DNA from: Podarcis erhardii
Taxonomy: Eukaryota
Assembly: GCA_964252035.1 (NCBI GenBank)
Contig: OZ176216.1
Reading direction: 5' to 3' (one strand)
DNA length: 64,000 nt
Made by a program: the position numbers and the translations under genes. A model generated the notes under the pieces. The model saw only the letters and a list, made by a program, of their open reading frames with translations. It had not been told where the DNA came from and did not search any database. Positions 13,461 to 26,460 of the stretch are shown piece by piece. Each line of letters opens with the position of its first letter. Within the stretch, counting starts at the first letter, position 1.

Positions 13461-14729
13461 AACTGAATACAGCAGGTATTCTAGTGAGTTTTGTTGGTCC
13501 TTATAGTAAGGCATTTGAATACCGTTTGGGGTTACTAGATTATTTCTAGTTATGCTCCCTCCATTTGAAAAGACTACTGTGATGATGCCTACTTTTGGGA
13601 ATGACTGAATGCAAGCATTCTTTGCACAGATTAAAATGTCACAAAGCTAGGAGATTTCAGGAAGAATGCTGAAGGTTTGCAAAGCCCTTGGAGTAAGGAA
13701 TAATGGCCTGCCAGACCTTCACTCCCTATTTCTTCTCCACCATGATTAACCAGTTTGTCAACAAAAAAAATGTTTTCCGTTTAGGTGGTAATCCTAGTCA
13801 GTCTCAGTCATGATTAATGTGGTGACAGCAAGCTCTTGATCTCGGCTAGTGTGTGTGAGGGTGCATGTTGCCAAGGAGTGGCTCCACATTTGTCAACTAT
13901 GATTCACAGAGCACCAGAGCTGCATCTACACCAGCTCTTACATCTGGCACTCTCACTCAACACAAATGAAGCGTGCAAGTTCTCCATGGCAATTGCACAG
14001 ATATAAGAGGCTGCTTTTCACTAATGGGTAGTGCATTTTGTGAAAGCTTGTAGGAGAGAAAACTTCTGTTTGGTTATGCTCTGCATTATTAATGTAAACA
14101 ATCATACTATACCAATCTCCTCCCATCCCTGCCTATAAATGGCGGTTGATGATACAATAAAATTGGAATATGTGCAGAGCTTTACAAGCTAAGGTTTGCA
14201 GGAAATGAAGCTCGCCCCTCCCCACCCCCAAAATAAGGTATCTCCATGTTAATGGTGTTTATATTTCTATAGGTTCCTATGATTTCTATTACACCAAAAG
14301 TCTGGAATGTATTGCTGAAGTCTCTGGTCCCCCTTTTTGTCTCTTGATTTAATATATCTAACCTGTTTTCTGTAGTGACTTTGTTCATGCTTGATTTTGC
14401 ATTTAACAAATAAACAAGGTAAAAAGTTTTACACACAGTCCCTACTGGTTAAAAAGTTAACAAAGATATCTCCACTGGTAACATAATTAGGCACCTTGCT
14501 CAGAAAAGCTTAAAGTAATGATTTCAGAGTCATTACCGAGACACTAATATTGGCTTTATTCCTCTCCTAAAGGTGGGAGAGAAGAGACTGGGTGTAATAT
14601 GCCATTTGCACACTTCGCTGGGGGCATCTGCTACTTGCCATAAATGAGGAAGCCGGTCAAGTCTAATTCAACTGCTTTTAGCCTGATAGCGAAGGCGTGA
14701 CCATAGTCCTTAAAAAAAACCTGCCTCAT

Positions 14730-14942
14730 TGGGGCGGAGGAAGGGGGGTGCGGTGGGTGCGGGTCACCCCAGGTGTCACCACTGTGGGGGGTGACAAAAT
14801 GCCGAGTGACACTCACCGCGGGGCCTGCAGCACGCCCGAGCCACGTGTCTCTCCGGGGAGAGATGCGGTGGCTTGAGTGCACGCAAGCTCCACACTGCCC
14901 AAACAGTCCACCCAGGCGCCCAAGCAGCTTCCTCTGCCGCTG
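14730..14942. mobile_element. GC-rich hAT-type MITE (~213 bp)
   Basis: 8 bp direct repeat TGCCTCAT (14722-14729, 14943-14950); imperfect TIR GGGGCGGAGGAAG / CTTCCTCTGCCGCTG. Confidence 0.7.
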
Positions 14943-15004
14943 TGCCTCATTGCTATTTGAATTTTGTATTGAAGTTCATGCAAAGCAAGCTGCAGGCCAC
15001 TTAC

Positions 15005-15134
15005 ATTGTCATGCTTAAAAAAACACAACATCTTCAATTCACGGAAGACCCTTTTGCAAGAGACCAGATTTTGGAAGACGTTGGGCATCTTTTTGAGTGC
15101 AACTCTCTTTCCATCTCGCGGATCTGTTACTGAC
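15005..15134 (-). CDS. NLK: Nemo-like kinase, second coding exon (130 nt)
   Basis: Pyrimidine tract then TTCAG|G acceptor. Completes Trp (TG+G), then SVTDPRDGKRVALKKMPNVFQNLVSCKRVFRELKMLCFFKHDN, then a GTAAGT donor at 15004. Contains the VALKK catalytic Lys and the alphaC Glu. Confidence 0.98.
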
Positions 15135-16086
15135 CTGAAGAAGAGGAGAAGAAGATTAAGCATATAATCTGACTTTAAACAAACAAGTTCTTTCATTCCA
15201 CCCCAAGAATACCTATGCTAAAAAAAAACCAAACAAGATGAATCTGGATGCTCAAAGCAGAAAATCAAGAGAGGCATGTAGAATTCTTAAACAAGTCTCG
15301 CTGCATTTTATTCTGTATACGAAGTGAATTCAATCCACGCTTCAGGCAACTGCGTGTTATTCAGCAATGAGATTACTATGCATTCAAGTCCTCGCGTCTT
15401 CCATCAGTAAAACTATTCACCTCAGCTGTACACTACTATTTAATGTCTGGTCAATAAATGGCAGTATGTGATTACTTACATTTTCTTCTCTTTAATTACT
15501 CTATTAGTTCTAGGACACCTTTCCCATTACAAGACTTTTCAATATTAAATTGCCACAGTACATTGCTTTTCAACATTGCCTGCTAACAAGATTAATTTTG
15601 TATGGAACTATTGAAAAAAGTTGCTCCCTTGGCATCAAATTAGACCATAGTGCATATCTTCTGGTGGGGTGTTCTACATGCAGTTTCTGGTCTGCATTGT
15701 GAGGGAGGGCCAGGGGAAGACACTGAATCCCTTGTCTTCCTTGATACTTCATGGCAGTTAATGTCCCCCCATGCAAAACATAGTAAAATCCTACCTATCT
15801 GCAATGATTACAAAATATTTCAGGAAGAGGATAGACACTAATATATGGCTTGCTACTTCCAAGAACTATATGAAATGGCCCAAGACAAGAAAGCCACCCA
15901 ACTCCTAATTCAGGCTAGCTATGCTGGAACATAGGAAGCTGCTTTACACCAAGTCCATCTAGCTCAGTCCAGTGTGATACTTTTCTGCAGGAAAAAAAAA
16001 TCTATTTTGTAAGTTCATTATTAACAATGAACATCAACTTCAAATACAGTGTTAGACAAGATCCTAAATTACACCACTCTCTAGGG

Positions 16087-16222
16087 CAGTGTTTCCCAAC
16101 CTTGGGCCTCCAGCTGTTTTTGAACTACAATTCCCATCATCCCTGACCACTGGTGTTGCTAGCTAGGGATGATGGGAGTTGTAGGCCAAAAACATCTGGA
16201 GGCCCAAGGTTGGGAAACACTG
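16087..16222. mobile_element. hAT-type palindromic MITE (136 bp)
   Basis: TIR CAGTGTTTCCCAACCTTGGGCCTCCAG; arms pair almost to the centre; TSD CTCTAGGG (16079-16086, 16223-16230). Confidence 0.9.
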
Positions 16223-16230
16223 CTCTAGGG

Positions 16231-16354
16231 CAGGTTTTCCAAACTTGGGCCTTCAGCTGTTTTTGGACTACAACTCCCATCATCTCTACCTAGGAGAACT
16301 AGTGGGAATTGTAGTCCAAATATAGCTTGAGACCTCAGTTTTTGGGAAAACCTG
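16231..16354. mobile_element. hAT-type palindromic MITE (124 bp), diverged subfamily, adjacent to the previous one
   Basis: CAGGTTTTCCAAAC...TTTGGGAAAACCTG; flanked by CTCTAGGG (16223-16230, 16355-16362). Confidence 0.85.
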
Positions 16355-16509
16355 CTCTAGGGCATCAGAAAATTTTCCGACGAAGGCTGAAAATTTTCCA
16401 AAATGACTACCTTAATTTGCACAGGAAAATTTCCCAGAAAACCCACACCCCTGAGCTTGGGTACTGTCCACAGTGATTGGCAGCAGTTCTCCAGGGTTTC
16501 TGGTAAGAG

Positions 16510-16831
16510 CAGGGGTCAGCAAACTTTTTCAGCAGGAGGCCAGTCCACTGTCCCTCAGACCTTGTGGGGGGCTGGACTATATTGGGGGGGGGGTAATGAA
16601 CGAATTCCTATTCCCCACAAATATCCCAGAGATGCATTTTAATTAAAAGCACACATTCTACTCATGTAAAAACACCAGGCAGGCCCTACAAATAACCCAG
16701 AGATGCATTTTAAATAAAAGGACACATTCTACTCATGTAAAAACACGCTTGATTCCCAGACCGTCCGTGGGCTGGGTTGAGAAGGCGATTGGGCCAGATA
16801 CGGCCTCCGTGCCTTAGTTTGCCTATCCATG
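16510..16831. mobile_element. hAT-type non-autonomous element (322 bp) with an internal ~50 bp direct repeat
   Basis: CAGGGGTCAGCAAAC...GTTTGCCTATCCATG; TSD GGTAAGAG/GGGAAGAG (7/8); internal repeat CCCAGAGATGCATTTTAA...CATGTAAAAACAC at 16625 and 16696. Confidence 0.8.
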
Positions 16832-19123
16832 GGGAAGAGTCTGGAGAAGCAGAGGATAGAAGCTGGGATTTCCTGCCAGCAAAGCATGTGCTTTATAAAT
16901 ATTGAGAAAAACTCATATGTGTACCAAAGATGAGCCACACACAAATGTCAGCAAGTGCCACATTTTATACTCAGGTTCCCCTTGATAACCAAATCCGCAT
17001 GTGAATATATTTGCATATGAAAACTGATTCAGAAGGATGCCTTTTCATCCAAGTATCTAGAAGCTAATGCTTAACACATTTGAAATATTTTTCTCTCCAA
17101 AAATCTGAGGGCTAGCTTCCCCAAAAGTTTTTTGTAATACTTCTCCACCAATGTACATATGTAGATTAGCAATTTGTGTGCAGCAAGCGCCGTACTCAAA
17201 GTTATGAAAAACTCCAAGCTCTACAAAGAATAGTTATATACTGATGAAACAAGACACCTGACTACTTAAACTGGGATAATTTCAACATGTGAGAACTAGT
17301 GTCTGTACTTTCTAAATAGCAGTTCCATGTTTAAACAGTAACTTAACACACTCCCCCCCCCAAAATGGTTTAATGTTGGGGTTATCTTACATAAATGAAG
17401 TTATTTATTTAAAACAAACAAGCACAAGTCCACTCTTCTTTTAAATTTTGAACAGACACAAAACCTGCTCCCCAAATATAGGGCTGTAGTTTGTTAATAT
17501 TGTAAAGTTAACATAAAATCACAAAGCAACATTTCTTTTAATTATTCATTCTAAGACCAACCATGCTTGTAGCTGGAGCAATATAACCTAATGAATGTGA
17601 ATGGCAGTGCAGTAATTTCATGCCATGTTGAGCTTGTTCTCTCTTAACTCGGGGTAGCAGCTGCTTTGGTTCAGCACAAATAGTACCAGAAAACAGATAA
17701 GTGCTGAAGCCTGTTACACAGGAATGCTTTTATTTTCTTTGTTGCTGAAAAGGCTTGCTGTGCTGAGCTCTTCGGCCAGTTATCTCCATCTGTATGAGCT
17801 AATGAGTTATAGGCGGTAAAGATAACAGCCAGTTCTGACAGCACCTTTCACTGCCTCATTTTTGAAAGAGGTCATTCTAACAAGTCTAAACAGGGCAGTT
17901 TCTCTAAAAGTTAAAAAGTTCTACAACATAAATGTGACTATTAGACTGCTAATAATATCAGACTGTGCGTCTTATGGGGGAGGGGGGACAAAGAGAAGAA
18001 AATGACTGACTTTTTAGAGCACAGAAAATTAATTTGAGCAGCACTCAAGGGGCAAAAAAGTAACATGACTCCTGAAAGGCTAATTGGTTTGCAGTGGCAT
18101 GAGCTTTAGTAGGCAACAGGCTGAATCATCAGATGCTCATATATCTGCCATGACACACTGAAGCCTACGGAAGCTCAGGCTACATGACTATTTATACAGC
18201 ATCATCAATTGGCCTTTTACAGAATAACATAAGCAAAAGGTAGGACTCAGGCCCCTGTACAGAAGACTCTACAATATGAATTTCGACAGAGAAGAGGAAA
18301 GATAACAGAAGTAGTGGGACAAAGGCACTGGGGAAGTATACGTACCAATTTCAAACCAAAACATTCCTGGGGAAAGGTGAATTTTGAGGTTTTTAACTAT
18401 ACATTTCAGAATACTAGTCATGACGTTCTGCAGCAGCAAGAAAGCCAAGGGCTGCAACACATTAAGTTAAATCCTGATCACAATCCCACCTTCCACCTGT
18501 TTCAGGCTTCTGAGACGGGTAAAACTGTGGGAAAAATAGGGATGATGAGATTGGAATAACCTGTTTATTTATTTATGAAAAATATTATGAAGAGCAATTT
18601 TTGCAATCATATCACACCTTTCAGCTAATAGCATTCCCTTTGTTCCCTTCAGAGTTCCCTCTGCTCTGCCTCCTACATTTCAACACCATATATATATTAA
18701 ACATTTTAACTACAGTGTTTAACCATACAGACAGTAAAATTAGGACATAGTATCAAAAGATTAATCTTCTTAGTATAAGCTCCTCATCAAGATGTGAATA
18801 TAAAAATGTTACAAAAGAAACCTGCTGCGCCATAAACATGCAGGTGTGAAGAGGAATACAACAAAAAGGAATAGGGAACAGCGTTCACAAAGAGATCACA
18901 CTCACATTGACCTACATAAGAAAGGCTAAAGCAGTGAGAGAGACAGGGAGAATGTTCATCTAGTTGCTGCCAAACACATTAGTTGAAAACTAAAGGAGGA
19001 GGAGTTCACAACAGACCATAAGGCATGCAGATTCTTAGACTTAAGCAATGTGCCTGAGCACCGGCTTCCTATTTAGAGTTCTAGGATGTTTCAAAGCTTG
19101 CTTTACGCAGATGCAGACACATA

Positions 19124-19300
19124 CCATATTTACGCAAATCTAATGCGCTATTGAATCTAATGCACACCTTTATTTTCAAAAAGTTGAAACCAAAAAAGTA
19201 TTTGCTGGCGAATATAAATGCGCCATAAAATCTAATGCACACCCTAATTTTTGTAACGTAATTTGGCCAAAAAGTGTGCATTACATTCAAGTAAATACGG
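19124..19300. mobile_element. Tc1/mariner-superfamily MITE (177 bp)
   Basis: TA-CCATATTTAC...GTAAATACGG-TA; internal repeated AATCTAATGC(G/A)C. Confidence 0.75.
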
Positions 19301-20526
19301 TATGTGTGACTACATGGAAGCCATAAATAACTATTTGTTCATTGTATGCCAAACTGGTTACTGAGCCTATATTTAACTGAACAGAAAGCATGAGAGAGAG
19401 AAATGCAGTGTTTTGATTCCATAGCCCCACAAAAGGAGTGGTGGGACCTTTTTCTCTGCCCATAATTTAGAAACACGAAGTCTAAAAATACTTTTGGAGC
19501 TCCAAATTTTATAAAGTCAGAAAAAGAACCTTATATTAAGGCAAAAGTATGGAAAATAGTTCTTATAAACCACCTTGGCAAAGTTTCTCAAGTATTCTGG
19601 GTTTTACTCTTTTCCAAACAGTAAAATTATAATCTGTAAAAATAATAAGCATTTGGAAAGCTCCAAAATCCATACTCAGAAAACAAGTTTTTTATTTTTG
19701 TTTTTAAAGTTTATTTGGTAGCTACAGTGTCTTGCATATTGATAAGAATTCCAATACTTAGTAAAGTGAGACAGTTTTTGGCTCCAGGGGCCTGCAGGCC
19801 AACTATGACAAGTGGTGGACCCACCTCCAATTCTTTCATCCTGCAACATTGGGGGTTGAAAGGGGAAGCGTGTGAAAGGGCTTTGCAATCCTCCCTGCGT
19901 GGCTCTTTCCACCTCCTATAGAAACTGCTTCCCTTTAACCAAGCCACATTCTCAACACCCATCAACTGAATAACTGGGAACCTACTTTAAGCTCCCAAAT
20001 ATTCCATCGAGGCCCCCCACTTACCCACCCCACACCTGGGGTGTTATGTAGGATGTTAGATAAGGCAGATGGGCATGGCTTCCCCCACCCAAAAGTGCAA
20101 AGGTCTGGTGGGCCATGCTTGTCCTGAAGGCCAGAAGTTTCCCATCCTTGAATTAGATCTACCAAAGTGGATAAGCCATTCCACCAATGCAGACCAGTCA
20201 GTATGCCCATTTATGAAGTATTCAGGCTATTTATCAGCCACTTCTGAGCTGTTGGGAACCAGAGCCACTTTCCTGTGTTCAGTGTTGATAATTCTTGCAG
20301 CTAACAAACTTTTCAGTAACTTCACATAACATCCCAAGTCTTCTTCCACGACATATAAGAGCAAGGTTCATTTAACTGTTACTTGAAAGGTTTCTTCTGT
20401 ATTTATCAATCTCTGAGTACAAGAGCACCACATATAAAGAAAACCTCACATTATCATCGTCACATTTCCTTTGTCTGAAAGTTCAATGAGAGCACAGAAA
20501 GGAAACCAAATATGCCTCCTCTAGAG

Positions 20527-20662
20527 CAGTGTTTCCCAACCTTGCGCCTCCAGCTGTTTTTGGACTACAACTCCCATCATCCCTAGCTAGCAAGACCAGT
20601 GGTCAGGGATGATGGGAATTGTAGTTCAAAAACAGCTGGAGGCCCAAGGTTGGGAAACACCG
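20527..20662. mobile_element. hAT-type palindromic MITE (136 bp), same family as 16087, opposite orientation
   Basis: Same TIR; TSD CTCTAGAG (20519-20526, 20663-20670); central loop reversed relative to the 16087 copy. Confidence 0.9.
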
Positions 20663-22299
20663 CTCTAGAGGACATACAGTACATGATAATATCCTTGTTT
20701 ATTCTGGCTTCATCTTCTCATTTAGATACATACATCACATGCAACCAGTAAGCATGGACTGGAGGAATGAGGAGAAATATTTACCTAATATCATATCAAC
20801 CTTATTTGACCAACAGTAATAACAGTGATTAGTTAGCTGTTAAATCATCTATCAGTGCTAAGCTATCTTGAGGAGGGGTTGCCCATCTAGTATCATTCAA
20901 GAAAAAAATACTACCTCCAACATAAGCAGTAGGCATAAACTATTAATGCATTTCAATATGCATGTAACTACAGTTTTCACTAAGGCATGCAAGGCTGAAG
21001 AGTATCAGCATGGTCTAATTACTGCACAAAGTTCAATTTGTCTTCAGCAGATAAGCAATCACATTTGGGAGTAGCAATTTCTTTTGTCTTGGTAGTTTAA
21101 CAGTCACTGAGTAACGTAAGTAGTGCACTCCCAGGAATAACTACTATGTGCCAAATTTCGCAGTATATGCATACTGAACAGTCACAACAATTTTTCTATT
21201 ATTTCAGCCAGAACCTAGTCGTTAAAAGAAAGAAAAAAGTGCATGTAAAACCTATTTCCTGGAAATGTAAAGTTAGGACCAGTGTGCAATTTAGATGTAC
21301 CCCTGAGACCCCAAATACAATCAGATTCTCTAAGTGTGTTTAGGATCTTGCTCTTAATCAGGTTTAAAAGCGGTAGCACAGATTATCGCGAGTGTGTCTG
21401 CATGCACAGTGCACATGTGTGTATGTATGCAAGAGGGGCCTAGAAGCATGAACTAGGCCTAGGAGAAACGCTGTTAATAAAGCCTGAAAAAACTACCAAT
21501 CCCAACAACAATTCCATATGTTCTGTTCTGCTTGAAGCATTCAGATTTTATCTGTAGTTTTGCAAGCATTAATGTATTTGAGGAAAGTATTTACATGCTG
21601 TCCCCATGCTGCCACACTTGGGAGACAGTTCAAAAGAGTTCCTATTGAGACATTTAATAGCTAATGCATTGCAACAGTACTTTAACAGCTTCAGTTGTGG
21701 ATTTCTAACCCTGAGCACTGAACTGACAGCTTGCCACATGAACACAGCATACAGTGCAAAAAAATAAAAATCCAGCAAAGTATCGTACGTAGGTGAGAGA
21801 GAGAAATGGAGAAAAGCCATTCCTCAATGAAGTCACAAAACACACACAGAGTTGGTTACTGAACCATTTAAAAAGGCTTGGTCAACTGACAAACTAAACA
21901 GTGAATCTTTGACCAGTATTTTTAAACCATTAACTTCATTAGAACAGAAGAGGTACTTTAATCATCAGCCAGCTTGATGCTTGCACTGTTATAAAAACAA
22001 ATATATGCAAACATAGCCAATGAAGTGTACCCTGGCTATATTAAAAAATGACACCAACTAGTGCACCTAGAATTATTCATCAATTTCCACACTCCACAGT
22101 GGATCAGTCAATCAAGTATCAGAAAACAATCATGGGCAGAGTTGACACAAACTCCAGTACAGTATTATGTTTCTTTCGTATTAAATAGAAGTGGTTTCTC
22201 AAAGTAAGTGAGATCTAGTCTCCCTCCACTGCTGTATCCAGGCTAAGTTCTTCTCACAGGTTACACAGGAATCTTTCATATACATTCTAGAACTCAAAA

Positions 22300-22895
22300 A
22301 ATGAAGAACATAAGAACCTGCTGGATCAGGTAAATGGTTCACCTGGTCAAGCATTCTGTTCTCAGTGACCAAACAGATACAACAAAACTGGGGTGTGGCA
22401 TGCCCAGCCCTCCAGGCCAGCTCCCCAAAATAGAGCCCCTCCCCATAGAAGAATGAAGAGGTTCCTCTTTTACACAAAAATATGGGGTGAGGGCTTTTCT
22501 CTACAGCAGGAATGAAGAACATCCTTGGCCTTCTAGATGCTGCAGACTCCAAATCCCATCAATTACAGCCTGCATAGCCAATGGAAAACATTGAAGTCAT
22601 CCTGCAGAATCAGACCAAAGGTCCACAGACTCCTGCTCTCAACAGTAGCCAGAGAGATGCTTCCAGCATGTCCAAAAACAAGAGGGGAAAGCAGCAGCCC
22701 TATGCAGTTTGACCCCACCAACTGCTATTCAGAGGTAACCTGTCTCTAGACATGGAGTTTCAATCTGGTTAATAGCTGCTGTGAACCGCCCTGAGATCTA
22801 TGGATATAGGATAGTATACAAATCTGAATAAGAATAAGAAAGCCTTATCTTGTTCTATGACTTTGTCTAATCACCTTCTAAAACTATCTGGAAGA
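22300..22895 (-). mobile_element. CR1 LINE 3' end, interrupted by other insertions
   Basis: AAGAACATAAGAACCTGCTGGATCAGG tail motif, and later AGCCTTATC...TTTGTCTAATCACCTTCTAAA; an L2-like tail (GTGAACCGCCCTGAG...AATAAG) at ~22780-22840. Confidence 0.55.
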
Positions 22896-24941
22896 TTAAA
22901 AATAGTCCCTCAGTCCTAGAAAGATGTATTTAAATATGCACATATTACATTAGTATCCTTGGGCAGCTGAAGCAGCTGACAAGTCACAGCATTCTAGGAT
23001 ACATACCAGCCGCAAAGGAGTGATAGAGGGGAATGGGTATGTGGCACTGGCAAGAGAGCTGGCAAGAGTCATTGCCAAGTACATACCATTTTTATGTGGT
23101 GAAACAATCAAATGTTAGGCCATAAATTCTGGGCTACAGAACTACGCATCCTTACAGACAATGAAGGGAGGGAGATGGGTCTGCAATTGCTAGCTACAAA
23201 CATCATGTATCATTATTTTGGATAAGGTTGGTAATTTAGAAGCAGAGCAGCACCATTTAATTTTATTTTTTTAAATACACCATTTGGAAAACATTTGTAA
23301 GATGAAACATTAAAAAATTGGGCATGGGTATGCTAAAAACATGTACACAAACACACAAATGATTACTGCATGGAAAAGGTCTGTGTAACATGCAGTCACA
23401 ACAAGCCTACCAGTGCTGAAAATGACCCAGGCATGTGCCTGACTGTATGCACGCACAGTGTAAACGTGTGGATGTGTGCATTTGCACCTTCTGGTGCAAA
23501 AAAGTCCCCCTCCCAAGGGTGCTTTGCAAGGCAGAAGAGTCCATTAAGGCTACATGCAGCTACAGTATAAAGGCCTGTTTACCCCTCCTTCACATGTGCT
23601 CCTGCTGCACACTTTACAAGCATGCCCCCAGACTCTGTAGTGCCAAGCCATGCATGGTCTTGGCTGACCTATGGTCCATGGACAAGGCATGCCACCCACT
23701 ATGGCAAGAGCTAGAAAGGAATGAGCAGAAAGACACATGGAGAGCAGTTCCAAACAAAGCCCCCTACTCTGACGCAGAGCAGTAGCACTTGTGCTGTGCC
23801 TCTGTAAAACTGAAGTATTCACATGCAATGAACCGTGCTATGAACAGGTGAGCAGCCTTTGTCATATTAGAATTAACAGCCTGTGTCCAATAGGATAACA
23901 AGACTTTCCAGAATGTCAAAATAATTTAGGGAGGGGGAATCTCAGGCTTGAATTTCAGTGCACCACCTCCTCCATCTGGCCTTCTGCAATCTCCTTATGG
24001 CTCTGATATATCAGCCTATCCAAAAGCCATGGGAAGCTTCAGCCAAGTTGAAGGTTCAAAAGGTAAGATGAAGCTGATGGACAGAAGGCCAACTTGTAAG
24101 CAAGGATATGTGTATGCCCAGATATGAGAATGAAACCTCTTTTGTGGATAATAGTGCATTTGTATACATGGAAGAGAGTGACAAGTGGCCAATTAAAACT
24201 TTGAAAGAGTGAGTTTTAGTTAGAGGGTATTTATTCTATTTCTCATTTAATAAATTACATGTACATTTATACTACTAAATTTAAGGTGAAAACACGCATG
24301 TTGTAACAGATACAAAAGCAGCTTTAAAATATACGGTACTTCCTGCTCTAAAGCCCAATGGAAAAATCAATAATGTTTCTATATTTGTGGGTTAGACAAA
24401 AAAAAAGCCCAAACAAACCACGCTCATAGCAACTTTCTGCTGATATGAGGGAAGGCCCGGTGACATAAAGGTTTTGAAGATTTGATGTCCAAAATACATT
24501 TCATACTGGGTAGCTTTTTTAAATCACAGCACAGACTAATAATAATAATAAGATCCAGTAACTACAGCACAACCATAGTAATGTATCTGTGCAAGTGGTG
24601 ACTTGATATTTTAATGATCCATAATAAAGGAAGTTAGTAATAATAATTTGACTTCCCTTTTAAGAGAGAAAGTCCCTTAGTCAGTTTTTCAGAGATCTGC
24701 CTTCCTGTTAAACAGTATACAGTAAGTCATAAGGTGACAGTTTTATTGGTAAGCACATAATTTTTTAAGGCTCACACAGTAGACTATCACGGTGATACAA
24801 ATTTCTGTTCATTGTCATTTGAATTTTAAAGTTGTGCTTTAAACATTTGATGTCTGACATCGGGCTTTATGTAATTTGATTGCTGTTAATTCTTAACAAT
24901 TTTATGTTTCAACCTGTGGTCTTAAAACAATATTAGCCACC

Positions 24942-25101
24942 CATGGGTGTAGCCAGGATTTATGTTAGGGGGGCAGGATTACTGGGGAGAGGCAGAACCC
25001 AGCTCTCTGTGACACGGTTTGCCACTTTTTAAAGTATTTTTATTTATTTACTTGATTTAGAAAGGAAAGCTGCCCCCCCACCCCTCTTGCCTACACCCAT
25101 G
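24942..25101. mobile_element. MITE (~160 bp)
   Basis: 11 bp perfect TIR CATGGGTGTAG / CTACACCCATG; TSD not convincing. Confidence 0.6.
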
Positions 25102-25197
25102 CTATCACTAGCGATGTGGGGGAATATGGGATGAAACAGCTGTAAGATGCTCAATGGAAGAGAAGAATCTTTGCCATTTGCTTAAAGACAGAAAGAG

Positions 25198-25250
<53 letters not shown>

Positions 25251-25360
25251 TTATTATTTATACCCCGACCTTCTGTCCAGGCTTCCCCAGCCACCCTGGG
25301 AGGCTTCCAACAAAATATTAAAAGACAGTAATGCATCAAACATTAAAAGCTTCCCGAAGC
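25198..25360 (-). mobile_element. LINE (L2-like) extreme 3' end with an (AAT)n tail of about 17 units
   Basis: (AAT)n 25198-25250, then TTATTATTTATACCCCG...CCCAGCCACCCTGGGAGGCTTCCAACA. Confidence 0.65.
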
Positions 25361-26364
25361 TAAGTGCATCAATTGTGGAAGAAAAATTCAGAAACCAGTT
25401 GCTGCTGTAGAGAAAAGCTCACATTCACCAACTTAACCCCAGACAGAGGTGGGACACAGTTCAGGGCCTCCCATCCCCAAAGATCTTAGTGGTCAGGCAC
25501 TCTCAAAAGGCAGCAAGTGGTCACAGATGCACAGAAGTGGTCATCACACAAACATGGTAAGTGAAACAAAGTGGAGTTAGAATCATCTTTGGAAGTCCAA
25601 AAAACAGAGATGCCCTTATAAGTAACAGGGTAGTTTTTTTAAAAAAAAAATAGTTCTCTGGTTGAAGGAAAATGTTTACCTTTTTATATAGTACATATAT
25701 GGATACCATAAAAAATCAGGTCACAAATACCCAAAAGAAACCTGTGAAAGCATGAAGTCTCCTAGGAGCTAATTGAGAGAGAGTAACTTTACTTACTGTT
25801 GTTCTCAGAAGAGAACATTTCAATTCCCTACCCAGCTTTGTTAGGATGTTGCATGACTCTAGCAACAAAGTGAGCAGCAGGCTGGGAACCCATCCATCAC
25901 TTAGTTCAGACTCAACAAGGGTGCTCTTTTAAGGAACTACAGAAGCCTGCTAAAGGTTTTCACATATGAAGCATAGCTGTAGATGAGTGATAAAAGATTA
26001 AATCATTTAACTTAAAATATTTTTAAAATATTCGAGATCAAGGTATTTGAGGTAAGAATTAAAGGAGCTTCTATAGTCACAGAAAGAATTCATGCAAGAC
26101 CCCACATACAAAGCTCAAGGAAGGTGTAGAATCCAACAAAAGGACACCCACAAATTACAGCATGCATGTATCAGACTTTCAGTGTCCTTCTCAGAAGCTT
26201 TTCTACCAAACACATTTACTGTATAAAACTAGGTACAAGTGACACATGAGTCTCTGGATCAACACCTAAGGCTTTGCAGGGGATTTATTCGAGAAATGTG
26301 AATGTTTTCTGATATTCATGATCTTTAGATTTTTTCCAATATGTCAGAGTGACTACTATTTAAA

Positions 26365-26460
26365 GAATCATATAATTGCAGAGCTGGAAGGAACTCAAGG
26401 GTCATCTAGTCCACCCCCCTGCAACGCAGAAATCTCAACTAAAGCATCAGGGAGGCTACA
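26365..26460 (-). mobile_element. CR1-related 3' tail fragment
   Basis: GAATCATATAATTGCAGAGCTGGAAGGAACTCAAGGGTCATCTAGTCCACCCCC. Confidence 0.55.

Larger units (their letters stand above)
11968..15004 (-). other. NLK: NLK intron between coding exons 2 and 3 (GT-AG, 3037 nt)
   Basis: GTAAGT donor and TTTTGTAG acceptor, phase 0. Confidence 0.95.

Noticed and set aside
14813-15196. 127 aa ORF containing a kinase segment
   Set aside because: Only 15005-15134 is NLK exon; the rest is read-through into intron and MITE sequence.
16079-16362. Repeat-spacer-repeat pattern resembling CRISPR
   Set aside because: The 8 bp repeats are TSDs flanking TIR-bearing MITEs; vertebrate DNA with no cas genes.
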